Shown here piece by piece: positions 53,090 to 64,000 of a stretch of DNA of 64,000 bases. Each line of letters opens with the position of its first letter. Within the stretch, counting starts at the first letter, position 1. The notes under the pieces were generated by a model. It worked only from the letters and a program-made list of their open reading frames with translations. It was not told where the DNA came from and ran no database searches. Source of the DNA: Octopus vulgaris. Lineage: Eukaryota. The translations under genes and the position numbers were made by a program. The stretch covers positions 42,470,001 through 42,534,000 of the forward strand of contig OX597831.1 of the NCBI GenBank assembly GCA_951406725.2, written 5' to 3'.

Positions 53090-56000
53090 GTAAAAACTGG
53101 CTTTTATTTCACAACACTGATAGCAGTAAGGGAGAACAAATACGGTGACGATGACAACAACAATAAAAACAACACTTACATTAACCCATTTTGCCCCGTT
53201 GTCTACACTTATAGTGTTTGCATATTATTTACCATGCATCTTTCAAAGAAAAGGGTATGTACAGTTTATAGATCTGCATTATCCTATGACTGAAATTAGG
53301 ATGGATGGTCGTAGCTGGAATGCCTACAACAACAACAATGCATGCAACAGCATCAATGACAACAATAAGAACATTGATGTGGTTGTTGTGTTGTTAGTGG
53401 CTACTTGACCTGCTAGAAATAGTTACTCTACTCTTTTACTTGTTTCAGTCATTTGACTGTGGCCATGCTGGAGCACCGCCTTTCGTCGAGCAAATCAACC
53501 CCAGGACTTATTCCTTGTAAGCCTAGTACTTATTCTATCAGTCTCTTTTGCCGAACCGCTAAGTTACGGGGATGTAAACACACCGGCATCGTTTGTCAGG
53601 TGATGTTGGGTGGGTGGGTGGGGGTCAAACACAGACACACATACATATATGTATATATATATATATATACGGCAGGCTTCTTTCAGTTTTCATCTACCAA
53701 ATCCACTCACAAGGCTTTGGTCGGCCCGAGGCTATAGTAGAAGTTAAATCTTCCTGAAAAATCACTCCTAAGCATTTTCAAAAGACAAGGATATATATAC
53801 AACTCGTAAAACATCAGTATTCTATGACTGAAATTAAGATGACTAGAATGCCTTTGATCTTAACTTCTGCTCAATTAGGACTGATCTGGGATGAGTGATG
53901 CCACAACCACTACCACCACCACTACCAACACCACCAACACTACCACAACCAACAATAACAATTGCAACTACAAACCTGCTACAATAACGACTACAATGAC
54001 TACACCACTACCTATGCACTAATGAGGAAACCTCTCTGTGGTTGTTTGATCTTGCTATTAGTAGCAGCCAAATTATCATTGGATCACGTTTGGTAGTCTT
54101 AAAAATGGGAAGAATGCACATTAGATAATGTAGTCTGGATAAGTCCATAAATAGATAGGATGGTTGTGGCCGGAATGTCTTTGACCATGTGTCTGCTCAA
54201 TCAGTGTTGACCTGGAGCTACAGAACAGCAACAACAACTACTACAAAGATGGTTTTGGCATCACATAATTCTTTAAGTGCCAATTTAACTTACTGCCAGA
54301 AGCAATTATATTGGAGGCGTGTGTGTTTGTACATATGTATGTGTGTGTGTGTTTGAGAATGTGTGTGTGTTTATATGCATGTCTGCCTGCATACTTATAT
54401 ATATGTATGTATATATATATCTATATATATATATATATGTATATATACACACACAATAGATATATAAGATATCCCTTTATTATTATCATCATTGTTGTTG
54501 TTGTTAAGTGTGTATGTGTGTGTGTGCTTGTTTGTATGTGTGAATGTAAATATATGCACATACACTCACATATGTATAACTATGATATCCCTTCATCATC
54601 GTCATCATCATCATCATTCTTTTCATTACTGTTGTTATTGTTATGCAATCAATGTGATATAAAATTGTAAAGTGAGTGGAATGGCAAAATTAGTTAAGAG
54701 TATATTTATCTGTGTTTGCTTTTGGTTTGTGCATCTGAAGTTCAAATTGTTGAGATCGACTTTGCACATGACTTTTCTGGGTTTGATAAAAGAGAACACT
54801 TATGATATATCTGTCCTTGTTTATCACAAGTGTGTGGTCAGCTCCACCCCCATCACCTTCAAAGAAAAATTAGGTTTCCTTCTGAGACCCCAAGTTGTTC
54901 CCCTAACTTACCCAAGCAACATCTCCAAACATACATAGTGATGATATTGTTTCATGTTTGGAATAATATTTTGAGAAAGATTTAATAGCATATTAAAAAA
55001 ATAAAACCCAAAATACTGGCTCTCCACCAGTTACAATGGCAGGGGTTCCAGTTGATCCGATCAACAGAACAGCTTGCTTGTAAAATTAACATGCAAGTGG
55101 CTGAGTACTCCACAGACATGTATACCCTTCCCAGGGAGATTCAGCATGACACAGACTGTAACATGGCTGGTCCTTTGAAATACAGGTGCTACCCATTTTT
55201 GCTAGCTTAGTGGGCTGGAGTAACATGAAATAAAGTGTCTTGCTCAAAGACCACAACACGTTGCTGGAAATTGAACTCATGACTTTACGATTGTGAGCAG
55301 AATACCTTAACCACTAAGCCATATAATAACATATAGGCAATAAATAACAAAGGAAAAAAAATACCGTAAATCCTTGAGTATAATCCGCACTTTTTTCCCA
55401 AAATTTAGAGGTCAAAATCCCACAAGGGGCTAAACATAGAGGGGACAAACAAGGACAGACAAAGGGATTGAGTCGATTACATCAACCCCAATGCATAACT
55501 GGTACTTAATTTATCAACCCCAAAAGGATGAAAGGCAAAGTCGACCTCGGCGGAATTTGAACTCAGAATTCTTTGTGCTATCTAGATGTGTTTTTTTGCT
55601 CTGTTCTAGAACATTCTGAAATCCCCACCCTTCTCTCTCTCTCTCTTATTTGTCTTTCTGTTTTCTAAAATGTTCCAGAACGTATTGCCTCTGTTCTAGA
55701 AATGCCAACATTGCTGGCACTGCTAATATCTACCAACACCACAAGCATTGCTCACCCTGCCACTCTTATAAACATTATGAACATTACATACACTCTTTGC
55801 ACTTCCAGAACTGCCCCACAGTGCCAACATTGTCAATGCTATGATGATTTGGCAGAATCCAATGCCACATGTGCTGGTGGCACGTAAAAACACCCATTAC
55901 ACTCTCGGAGTGATTGGCATTAGGAAGGGCATCTGGCCATAGAAGACCATGCCAAATCAGACTGGAGCCTGGCACTGCCTTCCTGCATGCCAGCTCAGTC

Positions 56001-56409
56001 AAACCATCCATCCCAACAGACCTTAAATGATGATAATGATTAAAACATCAGATAATGACCAATACTATGAGTCAGATGACTCATAGTATTGGTCTGATTC
56101 TGTGTGCTTTGTGTTCAAATCCTGTTGAGGTTAATTTTGACTTACATCTTTTTTTTCATTTTTTTTTTGAGGTGGGGTGGGCATTAAAAAGTTCCAATTC
56201 AGAGCAGTGGTTTAACAGAATTGCAGGAATATTGGAGCAATTGCTTTGCAGTATTTCTTTTATTTCCTTGCATTTGGGGCTCAAATCCCACACTTTATAG
56301 ATTAGATCAATTGTCCATTTAACACCGTCATCTAGCACCTTGGCTACTTTGGTCAAGCCTCAACTTCTTTGGTATCAGGACGCTTTGCAGGATTATGAGT
56401 TATGATTGG

Positions 56410-56740
56410 TCAGATTTCATCATCAACCAATGACTGACCGTACTCTGAAACCAGGATGCATTTTTTTGATTCACAAGCATCTGTTCAGACTGCTTGGTCA
56501 TGTTGCTCAATTTTCTGTGTTGGATCCTGCATATTGTATTCTCTTTACTGAGGATCCATCTGGGGTGATGGGTCATTGGTTGGCCACATGGCCATAGCAG
56601 ATGAGGAAATATCTCATGGAGATGGGGACTGACTATGATACTGCCCAGAAGGTTGCCTGGGTCAACCCAAGCAAGTACTGACAAACAGTGGATGCAGTGA
56701 CATGCTGCAATGGTGCATATCCCATACCTGTCCTGACCTC
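56410..56740 (+). mobile_element. Degenerate RTE-clade LINE 3' fragment
   Basis: LFRLLGHVAQFSVLDPAYCIL resembles RLR.FGHVAR of RTE ORFs. Confidence 0.55.
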
Positions 56741-56892
56741 CAGATTAAGGATATCCTGGAGGTCTTTCATCAGGGTCATGGGCACCACTTTCTCTCAGGA
56801 GAGATGCTAATACTCTAGGGTACTCTTGGCACTACCTGTATTTTTCTATCATAAATAGCCTTCCATTTTCCTTTCTGAATTTGTTGTTGCAG

Positions 56893-56975
56893 AGGTGTAT
56901 GGGTGAAGAAAATAGAGACAGCTTCAAGGTACTACTTGGAGACAGAGAGGAAAAAGAATGAGAAAGCATATCTGT
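56893..56975 (+). CDS. ITSN: Intersectin exon J (PH C-terminal helix)
   Basis: ttgcag|...|gtaagt; (R)GVWVKKIETASRYYLETERKKNEKAYL (cf. [26 protein letters not shown]). 83 nt, phase 2 to 1. Confidence 0.95.
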
Positions 56976-56991
56976 GTAAGTAGTTTCATCA

Positions 56992-57054
<63 letters not shown>

Positions 57055-57209
57055 CATTAATAATAATAATATTATTATTATGTTAGAAACAATCATTATT
57101 TATTATTATTTATATTGTTGTTGTCTGATATTATGTTACATATTTTTACATTATTAATAACATTGTAACAATATTATTAGGCTAATAAAGAAAGGATTAT
57201 TATTATTAT

Positions 57210-57422
57210 AGGCGGAGAGCTGGCAAATTGTTAGGATGCTAGATGAAATGCTTAGTGGTATTTCTCCTGACGTTACATTCTGAGTTCAAATTCCACTAAG
57301 GTCGATTTTGCCCTTCTTCCTTTTAGGGTTGATAAATTAAGTACCAGTGAAATACTGGGGTTGATGTAACTGACTAATCACTGCCTCCTAAATTTCAGGC
57401 CTTGTGCCTTTAATAGAAAGGA

Positions 57423-57474
<52 letters not shown>

Positions 57475-59170
57475 AGTGGAGAGCTAGCAGAATCATTAGC
57501 ATGCCAGGCGAAATGCTCAGTAGCATTTTGTCCTTTTTTATATTCTGAGTTCAAATTCCACCAAGGTTGACTTTATTTTCCATCCACTAGGGGTCAGTAA
57601 AATAAGTACCTGTTGATCACTGGGGATGATGTAATCAACTTGCCCACTTCCTCGAAAATACTGGCCTTGTGCCAAATTTTGAAATTATTATTATTATTAT
57701 TATTATTAAGGTGGAGAAGGGCAGTGAGCTGGCAGAATTGTTAGCACGGCAGGTGAAATGCTTAGTGGTATTTTGCCTGTTCAAATTCTGTTGAGGTTGA
57801 CTTTGTGTTTCATCCTTTTGGGGGGTCGATAAATTAAGTACCAGTTGTGTAATGGGGTCGATCTAATCGACCGCCACTTTTCCCTCTAAAATTTCAGGAT
57901 TTTGTGCCTATAGCAGAAAGGTGGAGAGCTGGCAGATGATATCAACTTCTCCTTCCCCACAAACTTTCCTGCCTTGTGCAGGAAGATGGTAATCTGTCAG
58001 AAGAAGCATTAGCACACTGGACAAAATGCTCTGTAGCATCTCGTCTGCCTTTATGTTCTGAGTTCAAATTCCACTGAGGTCGACTTAACCTTTCATCCTT
58101 CTGGGGTCGATAAAATGTGTTCCAGTTGAGAACTGCGGGGCAGGCGATGTAATCAACTAGTTCCCCATTACAAATTTCAAGCTTGTACCCGCAGTTGGAA
58201 GGATTATTTATATTACCATCTTATAAGGCAGCAAGCTGGCAGAATTGTTAGCATGCCAGGCAAAATGCTTAACGGCATTTCATCCGTTTTTACATTCTGA
58301 GTCCAAATTGTGCCAAGGTTGACTTAGCCTTTCATCCTTTGTGGGATCAACAAAGTAAGTACCAGTTGAGCTTGGAGGTCAATGTAATCGCCTCAGACTA
58401 GTGGTTCCCAAAGTGGGTGGTATTGTTGCACTGGGGGCGGTGAAAAGTTCCATGGGGACATAGAAGAAACATGGGACAATAATGGGGTAGCGATTCATGT
58501 AAAAACAACAAAATAATGGGTTCATTAGGTTAAGTTTTATTTGTGAAATTCAGTTGCTTTGAATTTGCTTCAGAAAGAAGTGTATGTTTGTGATGGGGTG
58601 GGGGTGCTAGAAATGTGGTCTTGGTGTCAAGGGGGCAGCAGCCCGAACATGTTTAGGAAACATTGCCTTAGACTCCCCCACCCACCCCCAAAAAACTGCT
58701 GGCCTTGTGTCGAAATTTGAAACGAATGTTACCATCTTATAAGGCAGCAAGAATTGTTACATTGCCAGGTGAAATGCTCACTGCATTTTGTCTGTCTTTA
58801 TGTTCTGAGTTCAAATCCTGCCAAGGTCGACTTTGTCTTTCATCCTTTTGGGGTTGATAAATTAAGTACCAGTTGAACACTTGGGTTGGTGCAATCAACT
58901 TACCCCTCCCCCATAATTGCTGGCCTTGTGGCAAAATTTGAAACCAATGTTACCATCTTATAAGGCAGCAAGAATTGTTACATTGCCAGGTGAAATGCTC
59001 ACTGCATTTTGTCTGTCTTTATGTTCTGAGTTCAAATCCTGCCAAGGTCGACTTTGTCTTTCATCCTTTTGAGGTTGATAAATTAAGTACCAGTTGAACA
59101 CTTGGGTTGGTGCAATCAACTTACCCCTCCCCCATAATTGCTGGCCTTGTGGCAAAATTTGAAACCAGTA
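57210..59170 (+). mobile_element. Head-to-tail array of ~7 Meta-core SINE copies directly after exon J
   Basis: GGCGGAGAGCTGGCA.. head, GAGTTCAAAT B-box, GATAAATTAAGTACCAG core, (ATT)n spacers; the last two units are a 221-bp near-identical duplication. Confidence 0.87.
58399..58665. mobile_element. hAT (Charlie-like) MITE nested in a SINE
   Basis: Ends TAGTGGTTCCCAAA / TTTAGGAAACATTG; 8-bp TSD CCTCAGAC (58391-58398) / CCTTAGAC (58666-58673). Confidence 0.8.
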
Positions 59171-59299
59171 TTACGTATCATTGACGTAATTACTATTTAT
59201 TTCTTTATATTTTTTGATGACATTTTCGGTTTCCTTGAAGCAATGATGTCAATCCAACCGTTATGGATGTTCTCCGGAATTGCTTTGGTGCATGTCATT

Positions 59300-60010
59300 G
59301 TATTTGTGTGCATATGAGTGTGTGTGTTTCTACATACGTGGGTGTTTGTGTGTATGTTTCTACATCTGTGTGAATGTATTTGTGTATTTGTGTGTGTATG
59401 TGTATGTGCATATATGTGTGTGATGTATGTGCTTGTACATTTCTGTGTGCATATGTATGTGTTTGTGTATACATATGTAATTGTGTATATGTGTGTGCGT
59501 GTGTCTGTATGAATGTGATGTTTGTGTGTATGTTTGTCTGTGTGTTTCCACATGTATGTGCGCAATTGCATGTGTATTTCTACATGTATGTGTTTGTGTC
59601 TGAGTGTGTCTAGATGTATGTGTGGTTCTGTGTGTGCGTTTCTACACATGTATGTGTTTATGTTTCTACATGTATTTGTGTGTTTATGTTTCTACACACA
59701 TGTGTGCGTTTGTGTGTTTCTATATCTATGTGTGTGTGTTTGTGTTTGCATGTGTGTGTGTGTTTGTGTATGTTTCTGCACATATGTGCATGTGTGTTTC
59801 TACATATATGTTTGTGTGTGTGTTTGTGTGTGTGTATGTGTGTTTGTGTATGTTTCTGCACATATGTGCATGTGTATTCCTACATATATGTGTGTGTGTT
59901 TCTACATGTATGTGTGTGTGTGTTTGCACGTGCGTTTCTACACGTATGCATGTACATGTTTGTGTGTGTGAATGTTTGTGTGCATATATGCATGTATGTG
60001 TATGCAAGTA
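59300..60010. repeat. Degenerate (TG)-based minisatellite with a recurring TTTCTACA motif
   Basis: Direct reading. Confidence 0.9.
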
Positions 60011-60289
60011 TCTTCCTGTCATTTCTATGTTTGTCATGAAGAGGGCTCTCATACGATGACTGAAGAACATGCCACTACATATGTGGCTGTTGTTTTAAAA
60101 TATCACGTTTTGAACTTTTCCATTTATATATGGCACACAGAATAGAGCTCATGTTTGGTTTTTAGTTCTTGTTGTTTTTTTCAGGGGGTCTTTTCTGTTG
60201 TTTTATGTTTTTTTTTCTTTTGATGGTTTAATCAGAGGTGGAAGATTGTATGGAAGCTTCTCCCGGGTTTCAATCTGTACTGAGTAGTG

Positions 60290-61570
60290 AGGGAGGGGAG
60301 GAAGAGAGTAAGAAGAGATGGAGAGCAGACGAGGATGACAGTAAGGAGAGATGGAGAGCAAAGTAGGAAGAGAGTAAAGAGAGATGGAGAGCAACATAGG
60401 AAGAGCGTAAGGAGAAATGGAGAGTAAAGGAGGAAGAGTTAGGAGAGATGGCGGGCAAAGAGAGTTAGGAGAGATGGCGGGCAAAGGAGGAAGAGAGTAA
60501 AGAGAGATGGAGAGCAAAGGAGGAAGAGAGTAAGGATAGAGAGCAAAGGAGTAAGAGAGTAAGGAGCGATGGAGAGCAAAGAATGAAGAGAGCTAGGAGA
60601 GATGGCGGGCAAAGGAGAAAGAGAGTAAGGGGAGATGGAGATGAAAGGAAGAGAGTAAGGAAAGATGGAGAAGAAAGGATGTAAAGAGTAAGGAGCGATG
60701 GAGAGCAAAAGAGGAAGTGTAAGGATAGATGGAGAGCAATAGAGGAAGATGGTAAGGAGAGGTGAAGAGCAGAGGAAGAGAGTAAGGATAGAGAGCAAAG
60801 GAGTAAGAGAGTAACGGGAGATGGAGATCAAAGGAAGAGAGTAAGGAGAGATGGAGAGCAGGGGATGAGGAGAGTAAGGAGATATGGTGAGCAAAATAGG
60901 AAGAGCAAGGAGAGTAAGGAAGGATGGAGAGCAAACGAGGAAGATGGTAAGGAGAGATGGAGAGCAAAGGAGGAAAAGAGTAAGGGGAGATGGAGATTAA
61001 AGAAAGAAATGAAGATAAAAGGAGGAAGAGAGTATGGAGAGATGTGGAGCAAAAGAGAGAGATGGAATTGAGGAGGCAGAAGAGAGTGAGGAAAGGAGGG
61101 AGGGAGAAGGGAAGAGAGAAAATTGAGGGAGTGAGGAAGAGAAGGGGTGTAGAGAGGAATAGAAAGGAGAGGGTGATGAGAGAAGAGGAGGTGGGGAGAG
61201 AAAAAACTGGGGAGAGATGTGGAAAGAGAGAGGGAGAGAAAAGGAAGAGAGGAGGGAGAAGGAGATTGAGTGAAAAATTGAGGAAGAAGGAGAGAGAGGA
61301 AGGGATGGAAAGGTGAAGAGGGAGGGAGGGGAGAGGGAGGAGGAGAGGGGAATGGGGAAAAGGGAGTGAGGGAGAAGGTGAGTGAATAAAAAATGAGGGT
61401 GAGAGAAGAGAAGGAAGAAAGTGAGAAGGAGAGGGTGAGAGTGAAAGGAGAGAGAGAGCAGAGAAAGGACAGGAAAGGCAGGGATGGAGGGAGAAGAGGA
61501 GAGTATGGAAAGATGTTGAAAGAGAGAAAGAAGGGGAATGGCCAGAGAGAGAGAGAGAGAGAGAGAGAAA
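60290..61570 (+). repeat. 1.3-kb purine-rich tract including a ~30-33-bp minisatellite
   Basis: GGAAGAGAGTAAGGAGAGATGGAGAGCAAAGGA units decaying into GA-rich sequence. Confidence 0.9.
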
Positions 61571-61987
61571 AAGGTGTTTGAGAGTGAGTTTGGAGTTTTG
61601 TCTGGAGGAAAGGGCTGCACATTCCTCCATGGACCCTTATGTCTGGTGAGACTGATGACTTAACATTTCTGCAGGAAAAAGGAAAAGAAACATGTTAGGA
61701 AGGAATTCCAAAAACCCAACATTCTGGGAAGCAAGAACTGGCTGTCCTCAACCAAGAAGTTCCATTTGCATGAATATATCACAATACCTGTGATATATCA
61801 CATAACGAACAGCCATAGTTAACATCCTGCATAATATGAATCATCATCATGATCATGATCATCGTTTAATGTCCATTTTCCAAGTTGTCATGGGTTCAAA
61901 GGTTTGACAGTTTGATAGGAGCTGGGAAGTTGGTAATGGCGAGTATTTATTGACCTTTTTCTTTCCCAATACAGTATATGTAGGAAG

Positions 61988-62112
61988 CAAGTACAGATGT
62001 GACATCTGCAAGTACAGATGTGACATCTGCAAGTACAGATGTGACATCTGCAAGTACATATGTGACATCTGCACATACAGATGTGACATCTGCAAGTACA
62101 GATGTGACATCT
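61988..62112. repeat. 21-bp minisatellite, ~6 copies
   Basis: AAGTACAGATGTGACATCTGC unit (7-aa periodic ORFs). Confidence 0.95.
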
Positions 62113-62554
62113 TTGGAAATCAAAGTGTGTTCTTGGCCTTCTTCACAAGCCTCTTGGAACCAGTGAAGTTGATGATTTTGTCATTCCACTGCCATTCCAA
62201 GTGTTGCAAGTCAACAGCTACAGGGGGGTTGGGGTGAATTTTCAATGGGGTGGTGGTAGTTCAATGGGGGGGGGGGGTAGTTCCATTCTGGGAAGGGAGA
62301 AGCAGGTTGAGTAGTTAGTGGGCCTGGGGTAGGGTTGGACATAGTGTGGTGGTGGTGGTTTTGGTGGTGGTAGTGAAATGGGGTGAAGTGAAGAAAGAGT
62401 GCTTCACTTGTTACGAAGCAATCAAAATGAAATTAAGGACTTGGGTATCGAAAGGGGTGGATAAAATAAAGAACCAGTCAAGCACTGAGTGCAATTTAGT
62501 GTTTCTATGAAGCCATGTAGGAGGAAGAGGAGGAGGAAGATGTGGTGGTGGTAG

Positions 62555-62586
<32 letters not shown>

Positions 62587-63665
62587 GATGATGAGGATGG
62601 CGATTGTGGTGATGGTAGTGGTGGTGGTGGTAGTGACTACACCAGTGTTCTTGTCCTTAATGCTAGTCATCTGGTTTTGTTCAGTTGATGTTTCCTAGAT
62701 TTTTCTGCTCTAAACAGCTGCTCACTGAAGCATGTGAATTACACCCTGGACTGACCAGCATTAAACTAGACTAGACTGGACTAGACAGGACTTGACCAGA
62801 CTGGACTGGACTGACAGCCTGACATAATTAGTTCAATTGATTCTCGGACTGGGGTGGTGGTGTTCCCTTATAAACTCTACGTTAATTATTTTCTTCTTGT
62901 ATATTGATCAGAAGGAATATTTAGTTAGTTTACTGCAATTAAAGATCCGACCTTGTGCCGTAATTATCAGAGAGCAATCAAGTGTGTATGAGTGGGTATA
63001 TGCATATTTGTGTGTGTGTGTGTGTGTTTGCATTTTTGCTTTTATATGGCTATGCATGTATCTTTAAGTATGCATACGGCTAAAGTTCTGGCTTTGTGCC
63101 ATAGTTATTCAGAGAGCAGCCGTGTGCTTTCATTTATGTATTTGTGTGTATGTTAGTGCGTATGTGTGTGTGTGCATACTTTTCTGTTTCTAAGTGAGTG
63201 CATGTGTGTGTGTTTGTTTGTATGTATGTATGTGTGCTTACATATTGTGTTTATGTGTGCACGTTTATGCAAGTGTGCACATCCATGTATACACATGTGA
63301 ATATGTATAACATCTTATTCATATTGCCCTGCACATAGAAAGCATGTTACTGTTTTGTCTATTGATTGCTTGGCTATATCCGGTTATGAAACTCTGAGTA
63401 ACAATGCTTTAGATTATATAAGAATTATATCGGTATATACATGAGTGTGTGTGTACACACAGGTTTAAGCAGATAGATAGATAGACAGACAGACAGATAG
63501 ACAGACATACTGATAGAGACAGATAGATAGATAGATAGATAAATTGATACATAGATACATAGATAGCTAGATACATGCATTCATACATACATACATACAT
63601 ACATGCATACATACATACCTACCTACCAACCTACCTACCTACCTACCAACCTACCTACCTACCTA

Positions 63666-63858
63666 CCGGGGATGTGCTGCCCGGGTAGGCAAGGTAGGCA
63701 GTGCCTACCTTGACTAAAATAGACTGATAGTAACATTTTCCTTTTATGGCAAAATATGCACCTAATTCAATAGAATTATGAAGGTTACTCTGATTATTAT
63801 GCATAAAATGCAAAATATTTTATCATTTTGTAGAATAGGTAGGCATAATTCGCCCCTG
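63666..63858. mobile_element. Probable hAT-type non-autonomous element
   Basis: Ends CGGGGATG.. / ..CGCCCCTG with repeated subterminal GGTAGGCA/TGCCTACC; no TSD found. Confidence 0.4.
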
Positions 63859-64000
63859 CTTTTCAACCTGACAGAGTTTCTACAGTTAGATGCCCTTCCT
63901 AACATCAACCGCTCCGAGAGTGTAGTGGGTGCTTTTACATGCCACTGGCACAAGGGCCAGTCAGGTGGTACTGGTGACAGCAATGCTCAAATGGTACTTT

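Noticed and set aside
56976-64000. Search for the next intersectin exon (start of C2), e.g. the acceptor at ~61674
   Set aside because: A phase-1 join there creates an immediate TGA and no C2-like peptide was seen; the exon probably lies beyond the window.

Overview
AT-rich, microsatellite- and SINE-dense eukaryotic DNA, most consistent with an Octopus (coleoid cephalopod) genome; the species is inferred from the repeat landscape only. The window lies inside one + strand gene: ten GT-AG coding exons (7094-56975, 1086 nt, all splice phases compatible) encode the DH (RhoGEF) and PH domains of a long-form intersectin. The EH/SH3 exons upstream and the C2 exons downstream were not found in the window. 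The introns hold 5'-truncated LINEs (Tx1/L1, CR1-group, R4/Dong, HERO-like, RTE), tRNA-headed SINEs, Tc1/mariner and hAT remnants, and minisatellites. Most interesting: (i) a candidate 15-nt in-frame microexon in the DH domain with a downstream TGCATG; (ii) a 371-bp, hairpin-dense, ORF-less retroposed RNA with a perfect 14-bp TSD; (iii) at least eight fold-back elements, mostly in (TA)n, together with minimal hammerhead-ribozyme remnants (Penelope/retrozyme-like); (iv) a Tx1 LINE sitting in (CTAT)n whose 3' end is shared by a SINE subfamily. All family assignments were made by eye from remembered motifs; no searches were run.
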